Below, one piece after another: positions 24,361 to 38,858 of a stretch of 64,000 nucleotides of DNA (positions are counted from its first letter, which is position 1; every line of letters starts with the position of its first letter). The stretch comes from Styela clava (Eukaryota). Both the position numbers and the translations under genes were made by a program. The notes under the pieces are model-generated. The model was not told the DNA's origin. It made no database searches and saw only the letters and a program-made list of their open reading frames with translations. Where the stretch lies: assembly GCF_964204865.1 (NCBI RefSeq), contig NC_135250.1:27776001-27840000 (forward strand), given 5' to 3'.

Positions 24361-24670
24361 GTTTTTTCGAATATGCCAGCTCCCGTCTCTTGCAACTACA
24401 CCGAAGAACTTTATTTGGTTATCCAAGGTATAAAATTGAAAACGTAAGGATAGGCCAATGCAACAGCCAATGCAACAGCATACATTTATCAGAGTATTCA
24501 TGTAACTAATCATTTAGTACGTGTTTTGAAGCGATGAATATTGCTTGCCAAAAAAATTTAAATTTCAATTAAATGAGAACAAGTTTTGAATAAAAAGGCA
24601 AAATAAAATACACGAAAGAGTACATGAAACATTAAAATAGTCTCTAAAATACGTATTGAGAAAAAAAGGT

Positions 24671-24883
24671 GTGCTCCCGTAGTATGTGCAACAAGATGGC
24701 GGTCACCGGAACGTAGTATGTGTATCAGGTTAGGATTAGGCTCCAATTTCAGGTACAAACACTACGGAAGTCACTTGGCTAGTCCACGAACTCATAATAG
24801 AACTAAATAAAGGGAAATTAGAATAAAATGATGATCTAACCCTAACCTGTATCCGCCATCTCGTTGCACATACTAAAGATAAC
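24671..24883. mobile_element. Long-TIR MITE copy 3' of B2
   Basis: Homologous to 7565-7805; right arm partly deleted. Confidence 0.7.
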
Positions 24884-25059
24884 AAAAAAGGAGTTTTAAC
24901 TCAGTTTGCTAAAGTTATTTGTTAAATATATGTATGATCATTTTTTATGTCTATATATACTCTATTATAGCAAGATCTGATCACTCAATCAGGAGTGACC
25001 ATACTCAATCCTGTCTAACTGAAATTGATGTTCAACAAATAACCAGATATAAGGTGAAG

Positions 25060-28000
25060 TCAGTATTCAATATCATGATACGGGTGAAAATTTGTCGGTT
25101 CGTATTCAGATGATCTATCAAGTTGTTGCAATGAATTACTCGTCAAGTACTCAATCTGATGCTTTGGATTGGGATGAGGAGTCATTGCAGAATGCTCGTG
25201 ACAAATAGGCAATTCATATCCAGGAGTTTCGGTAGAGCTGGTTGTTTTTGATTGTTTAATAGTGTTGTTTTCGTAGATTCTGTGTTCACATTCAAACCGA
25301 GCTTTTGATATATTTTTCATACTTGGTTTCTCATTATTCCGGATAGCAGTTGTATTCCTGTTTTTTTTCATCCTAAAATAATAAAAAAAGTATAAATTTC
25401 CAAGCTTCGGTAGTATCTCAATTTCTTGCAGGTCTAACTATTACGGCGCCTGAGCCTTGTAGATACAACAGTGATGCGAACATTTCGACAATGCTAACAA
25501 AAGCAAGTTCGACAATTAATGAATTTAATGTTTCTTGATTATGATTTTGACTTACTACTACCGATCTCTGATGTCGTACTAACGACTCAACCACTTTTGA
25601 ATCAGCTAAAAATAATACCTCTCTAACACAGTTTATATTATTCAAAATAGAAAATCCATTTTTTTAAAACTGCTATGTTGATATGTGATACGAATAACCA
25701 TATGGACATCTGTAGATTCCGAGAGTTGTTCCGGCATATTCCGAGAGTTTCCAGATTTGAAAACAATAGAAAACAAATTGGACGCTAGCTCTTTTAAATC
25801 AATGCCCTTGTCTGTGCAATTTTTATCCAACATCCAATAGTGATTTGAATCTTACTTGATAGTGATGACAATAATGATGATCACCGCAATAACGAGAAGA
25901 ATGACAAGTACAATAGTAGAGATGAAAAAGATTGTCTCTGTTTCTCTGCCAAAGTCGTCGCTAATTGTAGTTGGTTTTGTTATTTTCTTAACTCCAGTTT
26001 GTTCAAATAACGCAGTTATTGCTTCATTTGTGGGCAGGCGCGTGTTGCTTTCAGTAGTTGCAATTTGAACATCTTTATGAGCTTATTGAAAGTTTACATA
26101 ATTCAATATATTTAAATATTACCAATTATCAAAACAAGCACAATTACAATATTGACAGCATTGGAGTTTATGAAATAAAAAACACACTAATTTTATTTGT
26201 TCTAATTATTTTTTTTAAATATGTCGTTGATTTTGGTAAAGCCCAAAAATGTGTCAAGTGTTTTTGTTTATAATATATAAAAGCAATAACTAAGTCGTGC
26301 TAACGAATAACCGCTCATGAGGACATAACTATTCAGTTCGTTCTAAATTACAATAAATTTCATGTTCCATGTTCCATTAACGTATTTGTTTTCCCTTGTT
26401 TGCTGCTTGTTTTTACATAAATTGAGGGAATGCGAAAATCTTGGAAATGATTATAGAAACCATCCTCTGTCTTATAGATAATATTTATTGTAAATATAAT
26501 GCCTTCAATGATGATATGAGGAAATATTCTATCACATCCGTCAGTAATAGAATCATTAGATACATTTTTGAAGTAAAAAGGAAACTGTCGTTTGATTGGT
26601 TCTGTGCTAATTTGATAAAAAAAAATTGCTAATTGCTATACGGAGCATTTCTTATAAATAGATTGATAAACATTGAATACAATACGAAGAACTTAAGTTG
26701 AAAAGACTAATTATATTCTCTCATACTTTCTTGCTTTCACCTGTGTTGTTTATGATCCGGTATATCAAATGGATTCTGAATTCTTGAAATTCATGAGAGT
26801 AACCATTTCCTGTCTTATATGTCAAACTAATTGGAAAAATATTATCTTCAATGATATGCTGGTATATCCTATTACATCCGTCAGTAATAGATTCATATGA
26901 TACTGTTTTTGGGGCAAAAAGTAAACAGTCGTTGAGTTTGGAAGCACATAGTTCGGTATCAACCAATCCAGCTGAAAAATAGTGATGAATTGGCGCCCTT
27001 ACATTATAGTACATGATAATACCTCCTATAATTTACCATATACGTCACTAACATGAGTATCAGGTCCTAATTTCACATATTATATCCGATATATTGGTTA
27101 CCTACTTGGAGACCTCGGCAAAAAACGCATATCCCTCGTATTTGCGTTTTTTTTTTGAATAAAGTGATAAATTCTATTACTCTTTATATGGTGAATGGTG
27201 GGTACATTATCGCATGTAATTTTGAGGTAAATTATTTATTTTTGTGAAATTTGAAATACATAACTGAGACTAACACATTTGTATTTCCTAATTAACGCAA
27301 CAGCAGACAACTATTCATAAAGATAACTATTGAAAACTAGATAAGTAGTGCATTTATGCAACGTATAACATATAAACATGATTTGAGAGAAATAACCACA
27401 TGATGAAAAAAAATTACCAAGACACAAATTAATCGAAACAAGCCTTAAAGGCGGACTATATTTTTATAATAAATAGAAGTTGTTTAATTGTTAAAAATAA
27501 ACACGAAAAATATATTCACCTTGATTACCAGTAATTTTCAGAGATCCAATGCACTGACTGTTTTGATTGAGATTATTTTCAATAATTTTAAATAACAAGA
27601 CGCTGTTATCAGATGTGCAACTATCGTTTTTGAATTCCCAAATACTGTATGTATCCCCTGCTCTTCTGAAAAATACAATTTAAATATTATTTATTTGAAC
27701 TATATTTTCATGTTCATATACGGCTGGATGATCATAAAATTTCATTTCATCATTTTAAAAGTTTATCAAAGTAAAATAAATATTTTACATCATTCCGTTG
27801 AATATTATTCATATAAAAATTAATTATTAATGGATTTGATGCTTTATTCGCATCAATTTTCATCAGAATTTAATTAAAAAAAGGCAAAATATTTACCTTG
27901 CATTTACTCCACTTTCAGGTGTAGAACATAAATCAACGTTAATCTGACTCAGACCAATAGATCGGTGAAGTATTGCTGCTACTATTGGTAAACAAAAAAG

Positions 28001-28387
28001 AAGATTAGTTGCGTTGAATTGTTTTCCTCAGAACTGACAAGCCGTAAGTCCGCTCTGAGGGGTTTATGTTTCAAATACGCGATATTTTATTAAAGATGAC
28101 TTCGTTAAGTATACGTACATTTATATGCAAATGCACTAATTAGATATATTGAAAAAAAAGTCAAGGTATAAAATATTGAAGTCCAAAATTTCTAAAAGAC
28201 TCAAACCTTCAATGGATTTCTAGAATCCATATCACTCAGTCTAAAAGTTCCGAAATCATTCAAATTTGAATCATTTCCTGTATGTAGTGAAGTAAACAAC
28301 ACCTATTCAAATATATACAATATTGAAAGTCACGATATAAACAAATTACTCACCAATAAGATACAATACCCAGGTATTGAAATGCAT
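25060..28387 (-). CDS. Receptor B2: chimera with class A 5' end and class B stalk/TM/tail, apparently intact via exon 4a
   Basis: Exons 28387-28354, 27981-27897, 27665-27529, 26971-26741, 26072-25856, 25372-25060, all open and in phase. The exon 4b remnant (~26394-26635) has a stop and a GG donor. The 5' flank and exon 2 (LSQINVDL) match A1 rather than B1/B4/B5. Confidence 0.8.
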
Positions 28388-29271
28388 GTTTTACAAATAT
28401 GCCAGCTCCCGTCTTTTGCAACTACACCGAAGAACTTTATATGGTTATCCCAATGTATAAAAATTGAAAATTTGTCAGGCTAACAGTTGTTATGTATGCA
28501 TTCATCAAAGTATTTATGTATCTACTCTTTTATTACGTGTACTGAAGCGATGAATATTACTTGCCAAATGGAGATACGTAATTGTAAAGTACGCTCTTTG
28601 TTAATTGATATTGTGTGATATCATTTCCTTGTGCACAGACGATCACCTGCAGCAGTTTACTAAGGTTGTTAAATTGTTATCATGATCTGACAAATGTAAT
28701 TCAATAATTGAGATCGAATCTTCCGAACCAAATTTTGAATTGGAAATATTGCTAATTTAGTTCCCAAACACTTTGGCCAAGTTATGAACAATGCTATGAA
28801 AGAAGATAGCGATGGTCAAATATATATGGACACGAAATGGTATGGGTATGCAATTTGTCACAATTTGTTGTATCTACAACGCTTAGGCGCCGAATTAGTT
28901 AACACTGATGCGAACATTTCGACAATGCTAACAAAGTTGTACAATTAATTAATTTAATGTTTCTTGATTATGATTTTTACCTACTACTACCGTTCATAGA
29001 TGTCGTACTAACGACTCAACCACTTTGTTTATATTGTTTATATTTAGTTTATATTATTCAAAATAGAAAATCCATTTTTTGAAAACTGCTTTGTTGATAC
29101 GTGATACGAATACCCATATGGACATCTGAAGATTCCGAGAGTTGTTCCGGCAGACTCCGACAGTTTCCAGATTTGAAAACAATAGAAAACAAATTGGACG
29201 CTAGCTCTTTTAAATCAATGCCCTTGTCTGTGCAATGTTTATTCAACATCCAATAGTGATTGGTATCTTAC

Positions 29272-31660
29272 TTGATAGTGAGGACAATAATGATGATCAC
29301 TGCAATAACGAGAAGAATGCCAAGTACAATAGTAGAGATGAAAAAGATTTTCTTTGTTTTTCTGCCAAAGTCGTTGCTACTTGTAGTTGGTTTTGTTATT
29401 TTCTCAACTCCAGTTTGTTCAAACGACGCAGTTGTTGCTTCATTTGTGGGCAGGCGCGTGTTGCTTCCAGTAGTTGCAATTTGAACATCTTTATAAGCTT
29501 ATTGAAAGTTTACATAATTCAATATATTTAAATAATACCAATTATCATAACAAGCACAATTACAATATTGACAGCATTGAAGTTTTTGAAATAAAAACCA
29601 CACTAATTTTATTTTGTTTTAATTTTTTTTTAAATATGTCGTCGATTTTGGTGAAGTCCAAAAATGTGTCAAGTTATTTTGTTTATAGTATATAAAAGCA
29701 ATAACTAAGTCGTGCGAACGAATAACCGCTCATAAGGACATACCCATTCAGTTCGTTATAAATTACAATAAATTCCATGATCCATTAGCGTATTTGTTTT
29801 CCCTTATTTGCTGCTTGTTTTTACATAAGTTGAAGGAATGCGAAAATTTGGAAATGATCATAGAAATTCATCCATCCTCTGTCTTATAGGTAATATTGTA
29901 ATATAGGTTTGGTTGGGAATCACAAAATTCTGTGCTAATTTGATAAAAATATTTCTATTTGCTATATGGAGCATTTTATAATATAGATTGATAAACATTG
30001 AATACAATCCAAAGAACTTAAGTTGAAAGAGACTAATTAAATTCGCGTATACCTAATTTGTTGCTTTTACCTGTGTTGTTTAATATCCGGAATATTGACC
30101 TGATGTTGAATATTTGTACTTTATGAGAGTAACCATCCCCTGTGTTATATGTCAAATTAATTGAAAAAACTTTATCTCCAATGATATGCTGGTGTGCCCC
30201 ATTACATCCGTCAGTAATAGATTTATCAGATACAGTTTGTGGGGCAAAAAGGACACAGTCGTTGGGTTTGGAATCACATAGTTCTGTATCAACCAATCCA
30301 GCTGAAAAAGAGTGATGAATTGGCGCCCTTACAATATAGTACATGATAATACCTCCTATAATTCACCATATACGTCACTAATATGAGTATCAGGTCCTAA
30401 TTTCACATATTATATCCAATATATTGATTACCTACTTAGAGATCTCGGCAAAAAATGCATATCCCTAGTATCTACGTTTTTTTTCTGAATAAAGTGATAA
30501 ATTCTATTACGCTTTATATGGTGAATGGTGGGTACATTATCGCATGTAATTTTGAGGTAAGGTATTTATTTTTATGAAATTTGAAATACATAACTGAGAC
30601 TAACACATTTGAATTTCCTAATTAACGCAACAGCAGACAACTATTCATAAAGATAACTATTGAAAACTAGATAAGTAGTGCATTTATGCAACGTATAACA
30701 TATAAACATGATTTGAGAGAAATAACCACATGATGAAAAAAAATTACCATGACACAAATTAATCGAAACAAGCCTTAGAGGCGGACTATATTTTTATAAT
30801 AAATAGAAGTTGTTTGATTGTTAAAAATAAACACGAAAAATATATTCCCCTTGATTACCAGTAATTTTCAGAGATCCAATGCACTGACTGTTTTGATTGA
30901 GATTATTTTTAATAATTTTAAATAACAAGACGCTGCTAACAGATGTGCAACTATCGGTTTTTAATTCCCAAATACTGTGAATATCCTCTGCTCGTCTGAA
31001 AAATACAATTTGAAAATAAATATTTGAACTATATTTTCATGTTCATATACGGCTGGATGATAATAAAATTTCATTTCATCATTTTAAAAGTTTATCAAAG
31101 TAAAATTTTCCTATATTTTACATCATTCCATTGATTAATATTCATATAAAAACTAATTATTAATGGATTTAATGCTTTATTCGTATCAATTTTTATCAGA
31201 ATTTAATTACAAAAAGGAGAAATGTTTACCTTGCACCCACTCCTATTTCAGGTGAAGAAAACAAATCAACGTTAATATGACTCAGACCAATAGATCAGTG
31301 AAGTCGTGCAGCAACTATCGGTAAACAAAAAGAAGATTAGTTGTGTTGAATATTTTTTCTTCAGAACTGACAAGTCCTAAATCCGCTCTAAGGGTTTGAG
31401 TTTCGAATACACGAAATAGCAAAAAAGATGACTATGTTAAAAAGTATACTCAAAGTTCTAATATTCATATCACTCATTCTAAAAAGTTTCGTATTTATTC
31501 AAATTTAAATGAGGCATTTTACCTCAACAAATTCTTTCCCTGTACGTATTGAAGTAAACAACACTTATCCGCTTATATACTTTAGTGAGAGTCACCAATG
31601 AAAAATGACATGAACAAATTACTCACCTATGAATAACAATACCCGCACAAAGAAATGCAT
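29272..31660 (-). pseudogene. Receptor B3 pseudogene (A/B chimera, nonsense codon, tail exon deleted)
   Basis: Exons 31660-31627, 31314-31230 (TGA at 31295-31297; conserved Cys lost), 30995-30859, 30301-30071, 29488-29272. The last exon is missing: intron 5 is fused to the B2 upstream region at ~28867-28901. Confidence 0.85.
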
Positions 31661-34312
31661 GTTTTTCAAATATATCAGTTGCCGTCTCTTGTACATACAC
31701 CAAATAGATTTATTTGGTTATCCCAAGGTATAAATTTGAGAACGTAAAGGTCGGCCAAGGCAATAGTTGTTACACATGCGTTCATCACAGTATTCATGTA
31801 CCTATTCATTTATTACGTGTACCAATGCGATGAATATTATTTGACAAATGCAGATTAGTAATTGTAAAGTACGCCCGATGTTAATTGGTAATGCGTGGGA
31901 TCGCTTCCTCGTACGTAGACAATCACCTGCAACAGTTTACTAAGGTTCGTTATTTGAAATCATGATCTGACTGATGTTATTCAATGATTGAGATCGAATC
32001 TTCCGAACAAAAATTTTGAATCGGAAATATTGCTAATTTAGTTCGTGAACACTTTGGATATTTTTAATTTACTTAGATTACTCTTCACCCATTATATATT
32101 TTTAAAGTGAATTGGCTAAATTATGAACAATGCTATGAAACATGAGAGCGATGGTCAATGCGATGGTCAAATATATGGACACGAAATGGTACGGGTATGC
32201 AATTTGTCACAATTTGGCACCGTATTGCAGCTGAGCACATATTTTACCTTACGCAAAAGCGAAACCACCACAAGGAGTGCAGTTTTTAATTTCGATGACG
32301 TCATCGCACAAAAAAAAATCTGTTAGAGGCCACACATATTTTTGAGAAAGAGCAATGGCCAAATATGTGGACGTAAAGGTCGGGCATTGGTACTGATACG
32401 GAAAGTCTTAAGCTTAGCAGGACGTTGACTGAAAGATCGTCGGACAAGCGTGGCGAAGTGAAGTCTCACTAGAACAACCATCTGTACGATGTTTGGGTAT
32501 ATCCACTTGGTATATCACCTTCCTAAAACAAATATAAAGATCCAATACCTAACTGCAGTACCTATGCAAACTAAACTGAAATCTAATCATTCAAAAGCAT
32601 CAAATGGCAGTAAGCATCGTTACAGGTCATGCTTTAGTTGTTTAGCTGAACAGTGAACAGCAGCGGTGTCAAAAGTCACGTGGTCGCGCAATATTTGTGA
32701 TAATAAAAAGACAGTGGATGAAATGTAGAACCCAACAAGGCTCGAAGGATATTTGAAAAAATATAAAAGTAATTCTCTTCTGGAAACTACTACCACCTTC
32801 ATGTCATCAAGATTTGAAATTGATTAGTCCATTGGTTTTGTTCATAATAATTTCAGGTGTAAATAATTCTAACAATTTTTGTTTCAGTCTTGTTGCTGCA
32901 TTTTGATTTGGGTATGTATCGGGCAACGAATTTTCTGATGAGACTCGGTAGTGTTTTAGTTTTGATTATTTGTTTAATATTTTCTCATCTTATTGATATT
33001 CCGTAGTATTTTTGGGTTTATTGGTATTGAATTATTTTTCAATCCTTTACGATATTACTTTTCCAACCGCAGATTTTCCCATTTCATAAAAATTGAACGT
33101 TGGTGAACTTGCGTTTTCTTAATTACAATATTACGACATAGAGTTAGCCGTCTAGGACCAAATGCCGAGGTAAAAATCGTTAGCGAACGATCTTTCTCTG
33201 GTGTGATCTTGTTTCAACTTTGGAAGCCTAATCAATCAAGCCAACAAAAATTATAATTGTATATCTAAGAACATAACTACAGACACATTATTTAACTGAT
33301 AATGATTTTTGCCATGAACCCACTAATGTGTTTATTTTATTTTTTTTGATTAATACATTTAAAACTTGTCTCATATTTTTAATTAAATTCTATCAGAAAG
33401 AATAGCACATTTAAGCAGAATTTTATAAATAACATGTTGATAAATGTTCAAGGAGATCACTGAATAGCTATACATTGTCCTGCAGGCCTGTGATATCTAA
33501 AGTTAAAAAACCTGTCTTTACAACCTGTAATTTTGTCATTATGTTCTGAGCAATAAGCACCTCAATTGTCTCGTCAACGTGATCAGAAATTGAAACCATG
33601 ACAACAAAATACTTTATCGTAAATTGAGAAGTCACGCGAGAATAATAAACGATCTATTACATCCTGTTTGTTGCACTCTTGTATTTCTTGTCATCAATTT
33701 CTATTGGTGCAATTTATTTCCAATAGATTACGTCCATGATTTCTAATAATTGTTTGTTATAAAGTTGCTCTTTAAGTTTCTATGAAATATAAATCAGATC
33801 CGGGAAAAAAACAACAATATGCCGCACTATTATTTCAGATCAAATATAAATATCGCGTTGCAACTAGAATGTTTTTCCACAATTGTAGTTGAGTCAATAT
33901 TGCAGACAAGCATTTAATATGCGATTAAAATAATCTTAATCTGCACGGTATAGATTGTGATTTCAATTAGTATTACAAGTTATATTTCATTCTTTCATCT
34001 ATTTCATATAGCTGAATCTATATACAAAAAAATATAAAAGTTTAAATTAAATTCAAAATGTATACAGCAATTTACTTAAAAAATTGCATAAGCCTAAACT
34101 CGTTTTTTCTACATGTATATCAAATATATATTGATAACCCTCTATACTTCCCCAAAAATTCTCTATGTCCACCCTAGACATTTAACTTGGCTCATTTAAA
34201 TTTCATGTTGAATGAGAACAAATATTGAATAAAAAGGCAAAATAAAATACACGAAAGATTACATGAAACATCAAAATAGTCTATAAAATACGAATTGAAA
34301 AAATAAATAAAA

Positions 34313-34531
34313 TACTCCCGCAGTATGAGCAACAAGATGGCGGACACCAGAACGTATCAGGTTAGGGTTAGGCCCTAATTTCAGGTACAAATACTACGGG
34401 AGTCACTTGGCTAGTCCACGAAATCATAATAAAAGAAGGAAAATTGGAATAAAATATTGATCTAACCATAACCTGATACACATACTATGTTCAGGTGTCC
34501 GCCATCCTGTTGCACATACTACAAGAGAACC
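34313..34531. mobile_element. Long-TIR MITE copy 3' of B4
   Basis: Homologous to 7565-7805; contains caggttagggttagg. Confidence 0.7.
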
Positions 34532-34734
34532 AAAAAAGGAGTTTTAACTCAGTTTGCTAGAGTTATTTGTTAAATATATGTATGCTCATTTTGTATGTCT
34601 ATATATACCTATTATAGCAAGATCTGATCTCTTAATCAGGAGTGACTATACTCAGTTCTGTCTAGTCACAAGGGGTCAACGAGATGAAGAAAAACTGAAA
34701 TATTGTTCAACAAATAAACAGGTATAAGGTGAAA

Positions 34735-37700
34735 TCAATATTTAATATCATGATATGGGTGGAAATTTGTCGGCTCGTATTCAGATGATCCATCAGGCTG
34801 TTGCAATGAATCGCTCGTCAAGTATTCAATCTGAAGCCTTGGATCGGGATGAGAAGTCATTGCAGAATGCTCGTGACAAATAGGCAATTCGTATCCAGCA
34901 GTTTCGGTAGAGCTGGTTGTCTTTGATTGTTTAAGAGTGTTGTTTTCGTAGATACCGTGTTCACATTCAAACTGAGTTTTTGACATATTTTTCATACTCG
35001 GTTTCTCATTATTCCGGATAGCAGTTGTATTGCTGTTGTTTTTCATCCTAAAATAATATTAAAAAGTATAGATTTTCAAGCTTCGGTAGTATCTCAATTT
35101 CTTGCAGGTCTAGCTATGTCGGCGCCTAAGCGTTGTAGATACAACATTGATGTGAACATTTCGACAATGCTAACGAAAGCAAGTTCAACAATTAATGAAT
35201 GTAATGTTTCTTGATTATGATTTTGACCTACTACTACCGATCCCTGATGTCGTACTAACGACTCAACCACTTTTGAATCAGCTAAAAATAATACATCTCT
35301 AACACAGTTTATATTATTCAAAATTGAAAATTCGTTTTTTTGAAACTGCTTTGTTGATATGTGATACGAATACCGGCAGATTCCGAGAGTTTCCAGATTT
35401 GAAAACAATTAGAAAATAAATTGGATGCTAGCTTTTTTAAATCAATGCCCTGGTCTGTGCAATGTTTATTCAACATCCAATAGTGATTTGAATTTTACTT
35501 GATAGTGAGGACAATAATGATGATCACTGCAATAACGACAAAAATGCCAAGTACAATAGTAGAGATGAAAAAGATTTTCTCTTTTTCTCTGCCAAAGTCG
35601 TCGCTACTTGTAGTTGGTTTTGTTATTTTCTCCACTCCCGTTTGTTCAAACGACGCAGTTGTTGCTTCATTTGTGAGTAGGCGCGTGATGCTTCCAGTAG
35701 TTGAATTTTTATCGTCTTTATGAAAAATCACTATGTTTAAATAATACCAATCATTTTCACAATTCCGATATTGACAGCATTGAAGTTTAGGAGATAAAAA
35801 ACACACGAATTTCAATTTTAAATTTGTTCTAATTAATTGTTTTTCTAAAATTTGTCGGATTTTAGTAAAGCTCAAAAATGTGTCAAGTTATTTTGTTTAT
35901 ATTATATAAAAGCAACAACTAAGTCATGACCACTCATAAGGTCATAACTATTCAGTTCGATCTAGATTACAATAAATTCTATGTTTATTATTAGCGTATT
36001 TATTTTACCTTAGCCGTTTGTTTTTACATAATTTGAGATAATGCAAACATTTTGAAATGATCATAGAAAATATCCTCTGTCTTATAAGTAATATTTATTG
36101 TAAATAAATTGTCTTCAATGATATGAACAAATATCCTAGCAAACTCGTCGGTAATAAAATCATCAGATTCATTTTTTGAAGAAAAAAGGAAACAGTCGTT
36201 TGGTTGGCAACCACAAAGTTCTGTGCTAATTTGATACAAAAATTTGCTATTTGCTATACGAAGCAATCTATACAAATAAATTGATACACATTGAATACAA
36301 TCCGAAGAACTTATGTTGAAAGAGACTAATTAAATTGACTCATACTTAATTTGTTGCTCTTACCTGTGTTGTTTATTATCCGGTATATTGACCGGAATCT
36401 GAATTCTTGTAATTCAGAAGAGTAATCATCCCCCGTCTTATATGTCAAATTAACTGAAAAAATATTATCTCCAATGATGTGATGTTGTATCCCATTACAT
36501 CCGTCAGTAATATATTCATCAGATACAGTTTTTGAGGCAAAAAGAAAACAGTCGTTGAGATTGGAATCACACAGTTCTGTATCTACTAATCCAGCTGAAA
36601 CATAGTGATAAATTAGTGTTTCTACAATCTACAGTTCCACATGATAACACTTCCTATAATTTACCATATACGGCACTAATATGAGTATCGAGTCCTAATT
36701 TCACATATTATATCCAATATATTGGTTACCTACGTAGAGATCTCGGTAAAAAACAACATATACCAAGTATGTAATTTTGAGGGAAATTATTTATTTTTGC
36801 AAAATTTGAAATACGTAACTGAGACTAACACATTTTTAATTCCTAATTAACGCAACAGGAAATTATAAAGACAACTAACAGGATATTAAACAGAAAAACA
36901 GGATATGTAGTGCATTTATGCAACGTATAACACATAAACATGTTTCGAGAGAACTAACCACATGATGAAATAAAATTACTAGAACACAAATTAATCGAAA
37001 CAAGCCTTGAAGATGGATATGAAACTATATTTTTATATTAAATAAAAGTTGTTTATTTATTACAAATAAACACAAAAAAATATATTCACTCTGATTACCA
37101 GTAATTTTTACAGATCCAATGCATTGACTGGTTTGATTGAGATTATTTCTGGTAATTTTAACTAACAAGACGCTGTTAACAGATAAGCAACTATCGGCTT
37201 TTAGTTCCCAAATAGTGTGAATATCCCCTCTTCTTCTGAAAAATACAATTTAAAAATGACTATTTAATCTATATTTTTATGTTCATATACGGCTGGGTAA
37301 TCATGAAACTTCATTTTATAATTTTTAATAGTTTACCAAAATAAAATGTTTCTAGATTTTTCTTCATTCTGTTGATTATTAATCATGTTAAAATAATTTT
37401 TTATCGAAGTGGATGCTTTAATTGTATCAATTTTTATCAGAATTTATTAAAATGGAAAAAAAAATAGACAAATGTTTACTTTACAGATGGCCCTGATACA
37501 GGGGTAGAACATAAATCAACATTAATCTGGTTCTGGCCAATAGATTGGTGAAGTATTGCCGCCACTATAGGTGAACAAGAAAGTATATTAGTTATGTTAA
37601 TAATTTTTCCTCAGAACCGACAAGTCATAAATCCGCTCTAAGGGTTTTAGTTTCAAATACTCAACATATTCTTGAAAATGACTTCGTTAAAAGTATACGA

Positions 37701-38021
37701 CCAGTTATATGCAAGTGCAAATGTCAACTATCTCATTTGGTACTAATTTAGTTATATTCTTGTTAAAAAAGTCAAGTTATAAAACGTTGAAGTCCCAAAT
37801 TTCTGAAATATTCAAACCCTCGATAAAAATTCTAGAATTCATATCATTCACTCAAAAAATTTTGGATTCATTCAAATTTGAATGAGGCACTTTAACGCAA
37901 CAAATTCATTCACTGTACGTAAAACATATTCACTTATATACATTATTGAGAGTCACTAATGAAAAATGATGCGAACTAATTATTCACCTATAATTAACAA
38001 TACCCGCTCGAAGAGATGCAT
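34735..38021 (-). CDS. Class B receptor B4, apparently intact via exon 4a
   Basis: Exons 38021-37988, 37564-37480, 37235-37099, 36594-36364, 35715-35499, 35047-34735, all in phase. Exon 4b 36253-36009 keeps AG/GT but is 245 nt (-1 frameshift near its end). Confidence 0.85.
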
Positions 38022-38635
38022 GTTTTTCAAATATGTCAGTTCCAGTCTCTTGCAACTACACCGAAAAACTTTATATATATGATTATTCCAGGGTTTAACT
38101 TTCTAAAACGTAAAACTTTGTTAAAGCGACAGTTGTTACGTTGTATTCATCAGAGTGTATCTATACTCGTTTATTACGTGTATAAAAGCCAAGAATCTTA
38201 CTTGCCAAATGCAGATACGTAATTGTAAAGTACGTTCTATGTTCATTAGTAATGTGTGAGATCACTTTCTCGTGTATAGACAATCACCTAGTTTACTAAG
38301 GTTTGAAATTATGAACTGACTAATGTAATTCAATGATTGAGATCGAATCTTCCAAACTAAATTTTTAATTAGTAATATTGATCATATAATCCCAAACACA
38401 TTTTGTGGGCTTCGTAGTTTATTTAGAATACTCTCCACGAATTATGTATTGAAAATGAAAAGATCAAATAACTAAAAAAGAGAAAAATGCTGAAATATAT
38501 GGAAACGAAGGCGAGAAAACGTAAAACAAAATATTTTATTCACAATTTCCCTAAAATTACATTACGAAAAAAGCTGGAACTATGGAACGACTGCCGCAGA
38601 TGGGTCTAGGTATAGTTCAGTACCACAAGTACCTC

Positions 38636-38858
38636 TGGTGGGCGTGGCGTAATAATTTTTGCATATGCCATTCCTGAGACCCACCTAGCTACGTCATCCC
38701 AAATTTACGTCAGTACTGCGCCACAATCACACAATATAGCTTGCCGAAGCCAGATATCTCTTCCGCATTGATCTGATTGTGACGTCGCAGTGACCTTTTT
38801 TTGTATGACGTAGTGAGGTGGGACAGGAAGGAAATATGCAAAAATTGTACCGCCACTA
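38636..38858. mobile_element. Palindromic MITE-like element copy
   Basis: Homologous to 12260-12483 with the same inverted arms. Confidence 0.55.

Noticed and set aside
25856-26068. Plus-strand ORFs such as 2611-2878, 3191-3385, 25856-26068, 29260-29484, 35499-35723 and 54214-54426
   Set aside because: They are antisense shadows of the minus-strand TM and tail exons, which have the splice signals and a coherent protein architecture.
25372-29272. Protocadherin-like splicing of the tail-less B3 TM exon onto the B2 tail exon
   Set aside because: Phases are compatible, but B3 has a nonsense codon in exon 2 and has lost a conserved Cys, so it is better read as a pseudogene.
34360-34373. Interstitial telomere
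   Set aside because: Only about two TTAGGG-like units, located inside MITE arms.
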